A stretch of 64,000 nucleotides of DNA. It comes from Escherichia coli (GTDB taxonomy: Bacteria > Pseudomonadota > Gammaproteobacteria > Enterobacterales > Enterobacteriaceae). Of the stretch, positions 1 through 13,207 are shown piece after piece. Below the pieces are notes generated by a model that was given only the letters and a program-made list of their open reading frames with translations, was not told where the DNA came from and ran no database searches. The position numbers were made by a program, and so were the translations under genes. The DNA is taken from the NCBI RefSeq assembly GCF_044324875.1, contig NZ_CP172185.1; one strand, written 5' to 3'. Position 1 is the first letter of the stretch. Each line of letters opens with the position of its first letter.

Positions 1-2966
<2,966 letters not shown>

Positions 2967-2970
2967 TATT

Positions 2971-2994
2971 TAACGCCGGTTTTAACCGGCGTTA
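2971..2994. terminator. palindromic hairpin between convergent lplT and tas (taacgccgg-tttt-aaccggcgtta)
   Basis: Perfect inverted repeat read directly; no strong T-tract, so efficiency uncertain. Confidence 0.35.
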
Positions 2995-2997
2995 ATC

Positions 2998-4038
2998 TTA
3001 TGGTGCAGGATACGTATAAACCTGATGCACCGCTTCAATTTCAGCTAATACGTCTTCGCTTAACTCCAGATGCAAACTTTCGACGTTAGTTTTCAGCTGC
3101 TCCATCGTGGTTGCGCCCAGCAGAGTGCTGGCAACAAACGGTTGACGGCGTACAAATGCGAGCGCCATCTGAGCAGGGTCCAGGCCATGACGTCTGGCGA
3201 TATCAACATACGCCGCGACGGCTTTTTGCGTTTGCTCACCGCTATAGCGGGTGAAGCGACTAAAGAGCGTATTACGTGCGCCAGCGGGTTTTGCACCATT
3301 GAGATATTTCCCGGTCAGCGTGCCGAAACCCAGGCACGAATAGGCCAGCAGTTCGACTCCTTCATACTGGCTGACTTCTGCCAGACCTACTTCAAAACTG
3401 CGGTTTAACAGACTGTAAGGGTTCTGAATGGTGACAATACGCGGCAGATCGTGTTTGTCCGCCAGATGCAGGTAGCGCATTACGCCAAATGCAGTTTCGT
3501 TCGACACGCCGATATAACGAATTTTTCCCGCGCGTTGGTACTCTGCCAGTGCGTCCAGCGTATCCAGCAGCGAAACCGCAGGCGCAGAATCTGTCCAGCT
3601 ATAACCGAGTTTGCCGAAGCAGTTGGTTGGGCGCTGCGGCCAGTGCACCTGATAAAGATCGAGGTAATCAGTCTGCAGACGCTTGAGGCTGTCATGCAGC
3701 GCTTCGCGGATATTCTTCCGATCCAGCGCCTGATCCGGGCGGATGCCCTTGTCATTATTGCGCGACGGTCCGCTCACTTTGGAGGCGATAATTAACTTTT
3801 CGCGGCTGCCATGTTTCGCCAGCCAGTTGCCGACGTAGGTTTCGGTTAACCCTTGCGTTTCGGGGCGCGGAGGTACTGGGTACATTTCGGCAACGTCGAT
3901 AAGGTTAATGCCCTGAGCGACGGCATAGTCGAGTTGTGCGTGGGCGTCGGCTTCGCTGTTCTGTTCACCAAACGTCATCGTGCCAAGCCCCAGCGTGCTG
4001 ACTTCCAGCGAACTGTGGGGTATACGGTGATATTGCAT
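2998..4038 (-). CDS. tas: NADP(H)-dependent aldo-keto reductase
   Basis: 346-aa ORF; aldo-keto reductase family sequence; conserved neighbourhood. Confidence 0.9.
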   Translation of the reverse strand: MQYHRIPHSSLEVSTLGLGTMTFGEQNSEADAHAQLDYAVAQGINLIDVAEMYPVPPRPETQGLTETYVGNWLAKHGSREKLIIASKVSGPSRNNDKGIRPDQALDRKNIREALHDSLKRLQTDYLDLYQVHWPQRPTNCFGKLGYSWTDSAPAVSLLDTLDALAEYQRAGKIRYIGVSNETAFGVMRYLHLADKHDLPRIVTIQNPYSLLNRSFEVGLAEVSQYEGVELLAYSCLGFGTLTGKYLNGAKPAGARNTLFSRFTRYSGEQTQKAVAAYVDIARRHGLDPAQMALAFVRRQPFVASTLLGATTMEQLKTNVESLHLELSEDVLAEIEAVHQVYTYPAP

Positions 4039-4145
4039 AGCCGTTTCCTTTTTATAATCACGACATAAGGAATATAAAAATGGCAGAGGGAAGGGAAAAG
4101 GGAAAGAGAAAAATCTTAAGGCCAGCCGGATGCTGACCTTATTTG

Positions 4146-4364
4146 TTAACGTTCAATAATTTGCGAAACATCATCACGGTTAATTTGCATCGCGTTACCT
4201 TGCTGATCGTGATAACTCACCAGCCCGGTATCATCATCAATTTCAGGTTTTCCATCGGTCAAAATCATACGGCCATCTTTGGTCGCCATGACGTAATCAC
4301 TGGAACACCCGGAAACAGCAAACGCCAGTCCGACTGCAGAAATTATTACTGCCCATTTTTTCAT
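4146..4364 (-). CDS. ygdR: small lipoprotein, DUF903 family
   Basis: 72-aa ORF with lipoprotein signal peptide and lipobox (LAFAVSG-C); paralog of ygdI in this window. Confidence 0.85.
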
Positions 4365-4501
4365 CCGGTTATCCTCATTTGGCCCACCTATGATAATAGT
4401 CTGTTTATAAACCGACGTTATATATCTTGAAAGCAGGAAAATCTTAAACTGTGAGGGGAACAGGAGTGAGTACGCCCTCCCGCAGGAGAGCGTACGGAGT
4501 A

Positions 4502-5215
4502 TCAGAGCGGGTTCTTTTTGTTGCGAATAAGGTTGAGGCTTTCAACCGCAATAGAGAAGAACATCGCGAAGTAGATGTAACCTTTCGGTACGTGGATGTC
4601 GAAACTTTCCAGAATCAGGGTAAAGCCCACCAGAATCAGGAAAGAGAGCGCCAGCATTTTTACCGAAGGATGGCGTTCGACAAAATCACCAATCGAGCGC
4701 GCGGCAAACATCATCACGCCTACGGCAATCACCACGGCTGCCATCATAATAAACAGGTGATCTGACAGACCCACAGCGGTAATCACCGAGTCGAGGCTGA
4801 AGATAATATCCAGCAGCATAATCTGCACGATAGCGCCGAGGAATGATGAAACGCGTGTTTTCAGCCCTTCTTCTTCACCTTCAATGGATTCGTGGATTTC
4901 CTTGCTGGCTTTCCAGATAAGGAACAAGCCACCCAGAAGCAGAATCAAATCACGGGCGGAAATTTCCTGGCTGAATATTGTAAAAAGCGGATTCGTCAGG
5001 CGCGTAACCCAGGCGATTGATGCCAGCAGCGCCAGACGCATAACCATGGCTCCCGCCAACCCCAGACGCCGCGCATGAGCACGTTGTGCTGTGGGGAGCT
5101 TTGCCACCACCAGAGAAAGGAAAATAATATTGTCGATCCCAAGAACGATCTCCAGCAGCGTCAGCGTACCGAGCGCAAGCCAGGCGTTAGGATCGGTTAT
5201 CCATGCAAATAACAT
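4502..5215 (-). CDS. ygdQ: TerC-family integral membrane protein
   Basis: 237-aa hydrophobic ORF; conserved position between ygdR and mutH. Confidence 0.85.
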
Positions 5216-5283
5216 CTAAAAAGCCCTGCCAAAAAAATGAAGCGGTAATTATATGCCCGGAAAGCGGCAGGTCAAAGCGATGG

Positions 5284-5973
5284 CTACTGGATCAGAAAAT
5301 GACGGGCCAGTAGCGCACTGGTGAAATTCTTCTTCAAATAAAATCCGCGCGGCAGCGTCAGAATCCGTTCGCCCCGGGCACCAATGGCTTCGGTCAGCGC
5401 TTTCGCATTCGCTGCTTTCGGTCGTATCTGTAAATATTCCCCGTGACGAGCGGTAATCCGCTCAACCTGACCGAGAACAATCATATCCATTAATTCTTCC
5501 CAGTCTTCGCGTAGCTGTCGGTCTTCCTCTTCATTCGGGCTCCACAGTAACGGTGATCCTACGCGACGCTGCGCCAGCGGGATGCTGCGCTCGCCTTCAA
5601 CCGGTATCCACAGTACGCGTTTGAGCTTGTGGCGTACGTGGCTGGTTTCCCAGGTCACCCCGCTATTACCCGTTAACGGGGCAACACAAACGAATGTTGT
5701 TTCCAGCGGACGACCAAGACTATCCACAGGGATAGTTTTAAGTTCCACGCCCAGGGCAGCAAAATCTTGCTCAGGTTTACTTCCTGCGCTGGCACCTAGC
5801 CAGATCTCCAGTAACACGCCAATCCAGCCCTTATCGCGTTTTAAATTCTCTGGTGTAACCAGCCCGGCAAGTGCCGCCAGTTCTCCCAATGTATAACCAG
5901 AAAGTTGCTGTGCTTGCGCTAACAACTGTTCTTCAGTTTCGGGAGGAGAGAGCAGTGGGCGAGGTTGGGACAT
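5284..5973 (-). CDS. mutH: DNA mismatch repair endonuclease MutH
   Basis: 229-aa ORF recognised as MutH; conserved neighbourhood. Confidence 0.92.
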
Positions 5974-6149
5974 GTCACGATACCTTGGTTAAAAAACAAA
6001 CAGCAATTATGTGCCGAATATTCGCAGTGTAACTTTTTCCACATGCGTTGTTCAATTCTCTGATTTATATTGCTTTTTAGGCTTCCTGTAATCGAGTTGC
6101 GCAACACTGCAATGGGTTTTCCAAATCTGGTCACTGAAAATAAACAGGA

Positions 6150-6520
6150 TCTTACACCATGTTATCCACAGAAAGCTGGGATAACTGTGAAAAACCTCCA
6201 CTACTGTTTCCATTTACAGCCTTGACGTGCGACGAAACTCCAGTTTTTAGTGGTTCAGTGCTTAACTTAGTGGCACATTCTGTGGATAAATACGGCATTG
6301 GTTGATCTTTCGCCAACCCGTAAATGAGAGGTGTGACCTGGGTCACGAATTACTCTTTTTTATTACTAAAATTACATGTAATGCATTGACTGATAATGAA
6401 TATTTTAAAATGTCTATATCGGGCTTATTCAGAATGCTCCGGGTTTTCCCGTAGTAATTCCGTAGTTCTTCACAACTCTATCCACAGAAAAGGTGAATAA
6501 AAACGGCTATCCACCCATTC
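6150..6520. promoter_or_regulatory. DARS2-like DnaA-reactivating sequence (DnaA-box cluster) plus divergent mutH / rppH-ptsP promoter region
   Basis: Perfect DnaA boxes TTATCCACA at 6162..6170 (+) and 6281..6289 (-), near-consensus cTATCCACA at 6478..6486 and TATCCACC at 6508..6515; DARS2 is described in the mutH-ygdP(rppH) intergenic region. Confidence 0.55.
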
Positions 6521-6657
6521 CTCTGTTTATAACTCTGCACATAACTGTGAGTTATTCAATTGTTATTAGTGTGTAATGCCCTGCAGAGAGTGGTTTACCG
6601 TCTTCCTGGAGTATGAAACAATCATTCGTATATAAAGCTTTATTTTGAGGTAGTCCG

Positions 6658-7188
6658 GTGATTGATGACGATGGCTACCGCCCAAACGTAGGTATCGTGA
6701 TTTGTAATCGCCAGGGGCAGGTAATGTGGGCCCGGCGATTTGGTCAGCACTCCTGGCAATTTCCGCAAGGCGGAATCAACCCCGGAGAATCCGCAGAGCA
6801 GGCGATGTACCGTGAATTGTTTGAAGAAGTAGGATTAAGCCGCAAAGACGTTCGAATCCTTGCTTCAACGCGTAACTGGTTGCGCTACAAATTACCGAAA
6901 CGTTTGGTGCGTTGGGACACGAAGCCGGTTTGTATCGGCCAAAAACAAAAATGGTTTCTCTTGCAGCTGGTGAGCGGCGATGCAGAAATCAATATGCAAA
7001 CCAGCAGTACACCAGAGTTTGACGGCTGGCGATGGGTAAGTTACTGGTATCCGGTCAGACAGGTGGTGTCATTTAAACGTGATGTCTACCGTAGGGTAAT
7101 GAAAGAGTTCGCGAGTGTGGTGATGTCACTGCAGGAAAATACGCCAAAACCACAAAACGCATCTGCTTATCGACGTAAAAGAGGTTAA
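6658..7188 (+). CDS. rppH: RNA pyrophosphohydrolase (Nudix)
   Basis: 176-aa ORF with GTG start; Nudix box ([22 protein letters not shown]). Confidence 0.92.
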
Positions 7189-7200
7189 GTCACGCCAATT

Positions 7201-9447
7201 ATGCTCACTCGCCTGCGCGAAATAGTCGAAAAGGTAGCCAGCGCACCACGCCTGAATGAGGCGTTAAATATTCTGGTTACCGACATCTGTCTTGCGATGG
7301 ATACCGAGGTCTGTTCGGTTTACCTTGCCGATCATGATCGACGTTGTTACTACCTGATGGCGACCCGGGGGCTGAAAAAACCACGCGGTCGCACTGTAAC
7401 GCTCGCGTTTGATGAAGGGATCGTCGGCCTGGTTGGCAGGCTGGCGGAACCGATAAACCTTGCAGATGCGCAAAAGCACCCCAGCTTCAAATACATCCCT
7501 TCCGTAAAAGAAGAACGTTTCCGCGCGTTTTTAGGCGTACCAATTATTCAACGTCGCCAGTTGCTTGGTGTACTGGTGGTACAGCAACGAGAGTTGCGCC
7601 AGTATGACGAAAGTGAAGAATCCTTCCTGGTGACGCTTGCCACTCAGATGGCAGCTATTCTTTCTCAGTCGCAGTTGACTGCCTTGTTTGGACAATATCG
7701 CCAGACGCGAATCCGCGCATTACCGGCAGCGCCTGGTGTGGCGATTGCCGAAGGCTGGCAGGATGCCACGTTACCTTTAATGGAACAGGTGTATCAGGCA
7801 TCAACGCTGGATCCGGCTCTGGAACGCGAACGACTGACCGGGGCGCTGGAAGAAGCGGCAAACGAGTTTCGCCGCTACAGCAAACGCTTTGCCGCCGGTG
7901 CACAAAAAGAAACGGCGGCTATTTTCGATCTTTACTCGCACCTGCTTTCGGACACCCGGCTGCGGCGCGAATTGTTTGCCGAGGTTGATAAAGGCTCGGT
8001 GGCAGAGTGGGCGGTAAAAACGGTCATTGAAAAATTTGCCGAACAGTTTGCCGCGCTAAGCGATAACTATCTCAAAGAGCGGGCTGGCGATTTACGTGCG
8101 CTGGGTCAGCGATTGCTGTTTCATCTTGATGACGCTAATCAAGGGCCGAACGCCTGGCCGGAACGTTTCATTCTGGTGGCAGATGAACTGTCAGCGACAA
8201 CGCTTGCAGAGCTGCCCCAGGATCGCTTAGTCGGTGTTGTCGTGCGAGATGGCGCAGCCAACTCCCATGCTGCGATCATGGTACGTGCGCTGGGGATCCC
8301 TACCGTAATGGGCGCGGACATTCAGCCTTCGGTGCTGCATCGTCGGACGTTGATCGTCGATGGTTATCGCGGTGAATTGCTGGTCGATCCGGAGCCGGTA
8401 CTGCTGCAAGAATATCAGCGGCTAATTAGTGAAGAGATTGAACTTAGCCGTCTGGCGGAAGATGACGTCAATTTACCCGCCCAGTTAAAAAGCGGCGAGC
8501 GCATTAAAGTCATGCTCAATGCCGGTTTAAGCCCGGAACATGAAGAAAAACTGGGCAGCCGTATTGATGGCATAGGACTTTATCGCACTGAAATCCCATT
8601 CATGCTGCAAAGTGGTTTTCCGTCGGAAGAAGAACAGGTGGCGCAGTATCAGGGGATGCTGCAAATGTTCAATGATAAACCCGTCACCTTGCGTACGCTG
8701 GATGTCGGAGCAGATAAGCAGCTGCCTTACATGCCGATCAGCGAAGAGAATCCATGCCTGGGTTGGCGTGGGATTCGCATTACGCTCGATCAGCCGGAGA
8801 TCTTCTTGATCCAGGTGCGGGCGATGCTGCGTGCTAATGCCGCTACGGGCAACCTGAATATTCTGTTGCCGATGGTCACCAGCCTCGATGAAGTTGACGA
8901 AGCACGCCGCCTGATTGAACGTGCCGGACGTGAAGTCGAGGAGATGATCGGTTACGAAATTCCCAAACCACGTATCGGCATCATGCTTGAAGTGCCGTCA
9001 ATGGTATTTATGCTGCCGCATCTGGCAAAGCGGGTCGATTTTATCTCTGTTGGCACCAACGATCTGACTCAATACATCCTGGCCGTTGATCGCAACAATA
9101 CCCGGGTGGCGAACATTTATGACAGTCTTCATCCTGCAATGTTACGAGCTCTGGCGATGATCGCTCGGGAAGCGGAAATACATGGTATCGATCTCCGTTT
9201 GTGCGGTGAAATGGCGGGCGATCCCATGTGCGTGGCAATCCTCATTGGGCTTGGGTATCGTCATCTGTCTATGAACGGACGTTCTGTAGCGCGCGTAAAA
9301 TACCTGCTGCGGCGCATTGATTATGCCGAAGCAGAAAATCTTGCGCAGCGTAGTCTGGAAGCGCAACTGGCGACCGAAGTTCGCCATCAGGTTGCAGCCT
9401 TTATGGAGCGTCGCGGCATGGGCGGGTTGATTCGCGGAGGGTTATAG
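7201..9447 (+). CDS. ptsP: phosphoenolpyruvate-protein phosphotransferase EI-Ntr (GAF + PEP-utilising domains)
   Basis: 748-aa ORF immediately downstream of rppH; enzyme-I family sequence. Confidence 0.93.
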   Translation: MLTRLREIVEKVASAPRLNEALNILVTDICLAMDTEVCSVYLADHDRRCYYLMATRGLKKPRGRTVTLAFDEGIVGLVGRLAEPINLADAQKHPSFKYIPSVKEERFRAFLGVPIIQRRQLLGVLVVQQRELRQYDESEESFLVTLATQMAAILSQSQLTALFGQYRQTRIRALPAAPGVAIAEGWQDATLPLMEQVYQASTLDPALERERLTGALEEAANEFRRYSKRFAAGAQKETAAIFDLYSHLLSDTRLRRELFAEVDKGSVAEWAVKTVIEKFAEQFAALSDNYLKERAGDLRALGQRLLFHLDDANQGPNAWPERFILVADELSATTLAELPQDRLVGVVVRDGAANSHAAIMVRALGIPTVMGADIQPSVLHRRTLIVDGYRGELLVDPEPVLLQEYQRLISEEIELSRLAEDDVNLPAQLKSGERIKVMLNAGLSPEHEEKLGSRIDGIGLYRTEIPFMLQSGFPSEEEQVAQYQGMLQMFNDKPVTLRTLDVGADKQLPYMPISEENPCLGWRGIRITLDQPEIFLIQVRAMLRANAATGNLNILLPMVTSLDEVDEARRLIERAGREVEEMIGYEIPKPRIGIMLEVPSMVFMLPHLAKRVDFISVGTNDLTQYILAVDRNNTRVANIYDSLHPAMLRALAMIAREAEIHGIDLRLCGEMAGDPMCVAILIGLGYRHLSMNGRSVARVKYLLRRIDYAEAENLAQRSLEAQLATEVRHQVAAFMERRGMGGLIRGGL

Positions 9448-9597
9448 CGCGGATCATATACATATCTTTTAACGGTATCCGGCAACCAGCCAGGTCCCCT
9501 TGTGCTATTATTCGCACCTTTGGAGCGCCTGAAACCTGCGGCGCGCATTTCAATCGCTGTTCTCTTTCAGCGAAATAACAAGAACTTGTGGTGACAG

Positions 9598-10473
9598 ATG
9601 ACCAGTAGCTATCTGCATTTTCCGGAGTTTGATCCGGTCATTTTCTCAATAGGACCCGTAGCGCTTCACTGGTACGGCCTGATGTATCTGGTGGGTTTCA
9701 TTTTTGCAATGTGGCTGGCAACACGTCGGGCGAATCGTCCGGGCAGCGGCTGGACCAAAAATGAAGTTGAAAACTTACTCTATGCGGGCTTCCTCGGCGT
9801 CTTCCTCGGTGGACGTATTGGTTATGTTCTGTTCTACAACTTCCCGCAGTTTATGGCCGATCCGCTGTATCTGTTCCGTGTCTGGGACGGCGGCATGTCC
9901 TTCCACGGCGGCCTGATTGGCGTTATCGTGGTGATGATTATCTTCGCCCGCCGTACTAAACGTTCCTTCTTCCAGGTCTCTGATTTTATCGCACCACTCA
10001 TTCCGTTTGGTCTTGGTGCCGGGCGTCTGGGCAACTTTATTAACGGTGAATTGTGGGGCCGCGTTGACCCGAACTTCCCGTTTGCCATGCTGTTCCCTGG
10101 CTCCCGTACAGAAGATATTTTGCTGCTGCAAACCAACCCGCAGTGGCAATCCATTTTCGATACTTACGGTGTGCTGCCGCGCCACCCATCACAGCTTTAC
10201 GAGCTGTTGCTGGAAGGTGTAGTGCTGTTTATTATCCTCAACCTGTATATTCGTAAACCGCGCCCAATGGGAGCTGTCTCAGGTTTGTTCCTGATTGGTT
10301 ACGGCGCGTTTCGCATCATTGTTGAGTTTTTCCGCCAGCCCGACGCGCAGTTTACTGGTGCCTGGGTGCAGTACATCAGCATGGGACAAATTCTTTCCAT
10401 CCCGATGATTGTCGCGGGTGTGATCATGATGGTCTGGGCATATCGTCGCAGCCCACAGCAACACGTTTCCTGA
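9598..10473 (+). CDS. lgt: prolipoprotein diacylglyceryl transferase
   Basis: 291-aa membrane ORF recognised as Lgt; followed 7 nt later by thyA. Confidence 0.93.
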
Positions 10474-10479
10474 GGAACC

Positions 10480-11274
10480 ATGAAACAGTATTTAGAACTG
10501 ATGCAAAAAGTGCTCGACGAAGGCACACAGAAAAACGACCGTACCGGAACCGGAACGCTTTCCATTTTTGGTCATCAGATGCGTTTTAACCTGCAGGATG
10601 GATTCCCGCTGGTGACAACCAAACGTTGCCACCTGCGTTCCATCATCCACGAACTGCTGTGGTTCCTGCAGGGCGATACTAACATTGCTTATCTACACGA
10701 AAACAATGTCACCATCTGGGACGAATGGGCCGATGAAAATGGCGACCTCGGGCCAGTGTATGGTAAACAGTGGCGCGCCTGGCCAACGCCAGATGGTCGT
10801 CATATTGACCAGATTACTACGGTATTGAACCAGCTGAAAAACGACCCGGATTCCCGCCGCATTATTGTTTCAGCGTGGAACGTAGGCGAACTGGATAAAA
10901 TGGCGCTGGCACCGTGCCATGCATTCTTCCAGTTCTATGTGGCAGACGGCAAACTCTCTTGCCAGCTTTATCAGCGCTCCTGTGACGTTTTCCTCGGGCT
11001 GCCGTTCAACATTGCCAGCTACGCGTTACTGGTGCATATGATGGCGCAGCAGTGCGATCTGGAAGTGGGTGATTTTGTCTGGACCGGTGGCGACACGCAC
11101 CTGTACAGCAACCATATGGATCAAACTCATCTGCAATTAAGCCGCGAACCGCGTCCGCTGCCGAAGTTGATTATCAAACGTAAACCCGAATCCATCTTCG
11201 ACTACCGTTTCGAAGACTTTGAGATTGAAGGATACGATCCACATCCGGGCATTAAAGCGCCGGTGGCTATCTAA
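10480..11274 (+). CDS. thyA: thymidylate synthase
   Basis: 264-aa ORF with the ThyA active-site region (..[24 protein letters not shown]..). Confidence 0.95.
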
Positions 11275-11293
11275 TTACGAAACATCCTGCCAG

Positions 11294-11322
11294 AGCCGAC
11301 GCCAGTGTGCGTCGGTTTTTTT
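11294..11322 (+). terminator. rho-independent terminator after thyA
   Basis: GC stem ccgacgc/gcgtcgg followed by T8 run. Confidence 0.6.
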
Positions 11323-11458
11323 TACCCTCCGTTAAATTCTTCGAGACGCCTTCCCGAAATTTTGCAACGTCCTGCAACGGCGTAAATAGTCCGGAAGATG
11401 CGCCGAAGAAATAGAAACTGGCCCTCGTCTTTTTTTCTCCTCGCCCCATACTGCCGGC

Positions 11459-11929
11459 ATGAAAACACAACGTGGTTATACGCTGATTGAAACGCTGGTC
11501 GCGATGCTGATTTTGGTCATGCTAAGCGCAAGTGGACTCTATGGCTGGCAATACTGGCAGCAGTCGCAACGGCTATGGCAAACCGCCAGCCAGGCGCGGG
11601 ACTATTTGCTCTATTTACGTGAAGATGCCAACTGGCATAACCGCGACCACAGTATCAGCGTTATCAGGGAGGGGGCGTTATGGTGCCTTGTGAGTTCCGC
11701 TGCTGGGGCCAATACCTGTCATGGCAGTTCACCATTGGTCTTTGTGCCACGCTGGCCCGAAGTCGAAATGAGCGACCTGACACCTTCGCTTGCTTTCTTT
11801 GGCCTGCGCAATACCGCATGGGCCGGGCATATTCGCTTCAAAAACTCAACGGGCGAGTGGTGGCTGGTGGTTTCGCCGTGGGGAAGACTCCGGCTTTGTC
11901 AGCAAGGAGAAACAGAAGGATGCCTGTAA
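11459..11929 (+). CDS. ppdA: prepilin-type (pseudopilin-like) protein
   Basis: 156-aa ORF; N-terminal prepilin motif [15 protein letters not shown]. Confidence 0.85.
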   Translation: MKTQRGYTLIETLVAMLILVMLSASGLYGWQYWQQSQRLWQTASQARDYLLYLREDANWHNRDHSISVIREGALWCLVSSAAGANTCHGSSPLVFVPRWPEVEMSDLTPSLAFFGLRNTAWAGHIRFKNSTGEWWLVVSPWGRLRLCQQGETEGCL

Positions 11930-12483
11930 AAGAGCTAGGTTTTTCTCTGCTGGAAGTGTTGATTGCTATGGCGATCAGTAGCGTATTGTTGCTGGGGGCA
12001 GCACGCTTTCTGCCTGCGTTACAGCGTGACAGTTTAACGAGCACCCGTAAGCTGGCGCTGGAAGATGAAATCTGGCTGCGGGTATTTACCGTTGCGAAGC
12101 ATCTCCAGAGGGCGGGTTATTGTCATGGCAGCTGTACCGGCGAAGGGCTGGAAATTGTCGGACAGGGTGACTGTGTCATTGTGCAGTGGGATGCGAACAG
12201 TAACGGTATCTGGGATCGCGAACCGGTAAAAGAGTCCGACCAGATTGGATTTCGTCTGAAGGAGCATGTGCTGGAAACGCTACGCGGTGCGACATCCTGT
12301 GAAGGTAAGGGCTGGGATAAAGTCACTAATCCGGATGCCATCATTATCGACACTTTTCAGGTTACCCGACAGGATGTCAGCGGTTTCTCGCCGGTGTTGA
12401 CGGTTAATATGCACGCTGCCAGCAAGGCTGATCCGCAAACCGTGGTGGATGCCAGCTATAGCGTGACAGGATCCAACCTGTGA
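11920..12483 (+). CDS. ppdB: prepilin-type (pseudopilin-like) protein
   Basis: True start at ATG 11920 (ORF track is 5'-extended); N-terminus [19 protein letters not shown] is a prepilin leader with Glu+5; overlaps ppdA stop. Confidence 0.8.
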   Translation: MPVKELGFSLLEVLIAMAISSVLLLGAARFLPALQRDSLTSTRKLALEDEIWLRVFTVAKHLQRAGYCHGSCTGEGLEIVGQGDCVIVQWDANSNGIWDREPVKESDQIGFRLKEHVLETLRGATSCEGKGWDKVTNPDAIIIDTFQVTRQDVSGFSPVLTVNMHAASKADPQTVVDASYSVTGSNL

Positions 12484-12887
12484 ACCGCGAAAAGGGTGTT
12501 TCGTCACTGGCTCTGGTCCTGATGCTGCTGATTTTGGGTAGCTTGCTATTACAAGGAATGAGCCAACAGGATCGCAGTTTTGCCTCTCGCGTGAGCATGG
12601 AAAGTCAGTCATTGCGCCGCCAGGCCATCGTTCAGTCGGCGCTGGAGTGGGGAAAAATGCACTCCTGGCAGACGCAGCCCGCAGTTCAGTGCTTACTGTA
12701 TGCTGCCACCGGTGCCCGGGTTTGTCTGCGTTTATTGGCAGATAATGAGGCCTTATTGATTGCCGGTTATGAAGGCGTTTCGTTGTGGCGAACAGGTGAA
12801 GTCATCGATGGAAACATTGTTTTTTCGCCACGCGGCTGGAGCGATTTTTGTCCGCTGAAAGAGAGGGCGTTATGTCAGCTTCCCTGA
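12480..12887 (+). CDS. ygdB: DUF2509-family protein with hydrophobic N-terminus, in the ppd operon
   Basis: 135-aa ORF, GTG start overlapping the ppdB stop. Confidence 0.8.
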   Translation: MNREKGVSSLALVLMLLILGSLLLQGMSQQDRSFASRVSMESQSLRRQAIVQSALEWGKMHSWQTQPAVQCLLYAATGARVCLRLLADNEALLIAGYEGVSLWRTGEVIDGNIVFSPRGWSDFCPLKERALCQLP

Positions 12888-13195
12888 AGAATCAACAAGG
12901 CTTTAGCCTGCCGGAGGTAATGTTGGCGATGGTGTTGATGGTGATGATTGTCACTGCGTTATCGGGTTTCCAGCGAACATTAATGAACAGTCTTGCCAGC
13001 AGAAACCAGTACCAACAGCTCTGGCGGCATGGCTGGCAGCAAACGCAACTGCGTGCGATTTCGCCACCTGCCAACTGGCAGGTCAACCGAATGCAGACAT
13101 CGCAGGCGGGATGTGTCAGCATCAGCGTTACGCTAGTTTCACCCGGGGGCAGAGAAGGCGAGATGACCCGCCTGCATTGCCCGAATCGTCAGTAG
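12872..13195 (+). CDS. ppdC: prepilin-type (pseudopilin-like) protein
   Basis: Start at ATG 12872 (ORF track is 5'-extended); N-terminus [24 protein letters not shown] is a prepilin leader. Confidence 0.8.
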   Translation: MSASLKNQQGFSLPEVMLAMVLMVMIVTALSGFQRTLMNSLASRNQYQQLWRHGWQQTQLRAISPPANWQVNRMQTSQAGCVSISVTLVSPGGREGEMTRLHCPNRQ

Positions 13196-13207
13196 TCAGG
13201 AGCCGCT

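Noticed and set aside
6152-6346. 64-aa minus-strand ORF in the mutH-rppH intergenic region
   Set aside because: Overlaps the DnaA-box cluster of the DARS2-like element; no convincing RBS; most likely non-coding.
11680-11919. 5' extension of the ppdB ORF overlapping ppdA
   Set aside because: The prepilin leader begins at ATG 11920; the extension is in a different frame from ppdA and inside it.
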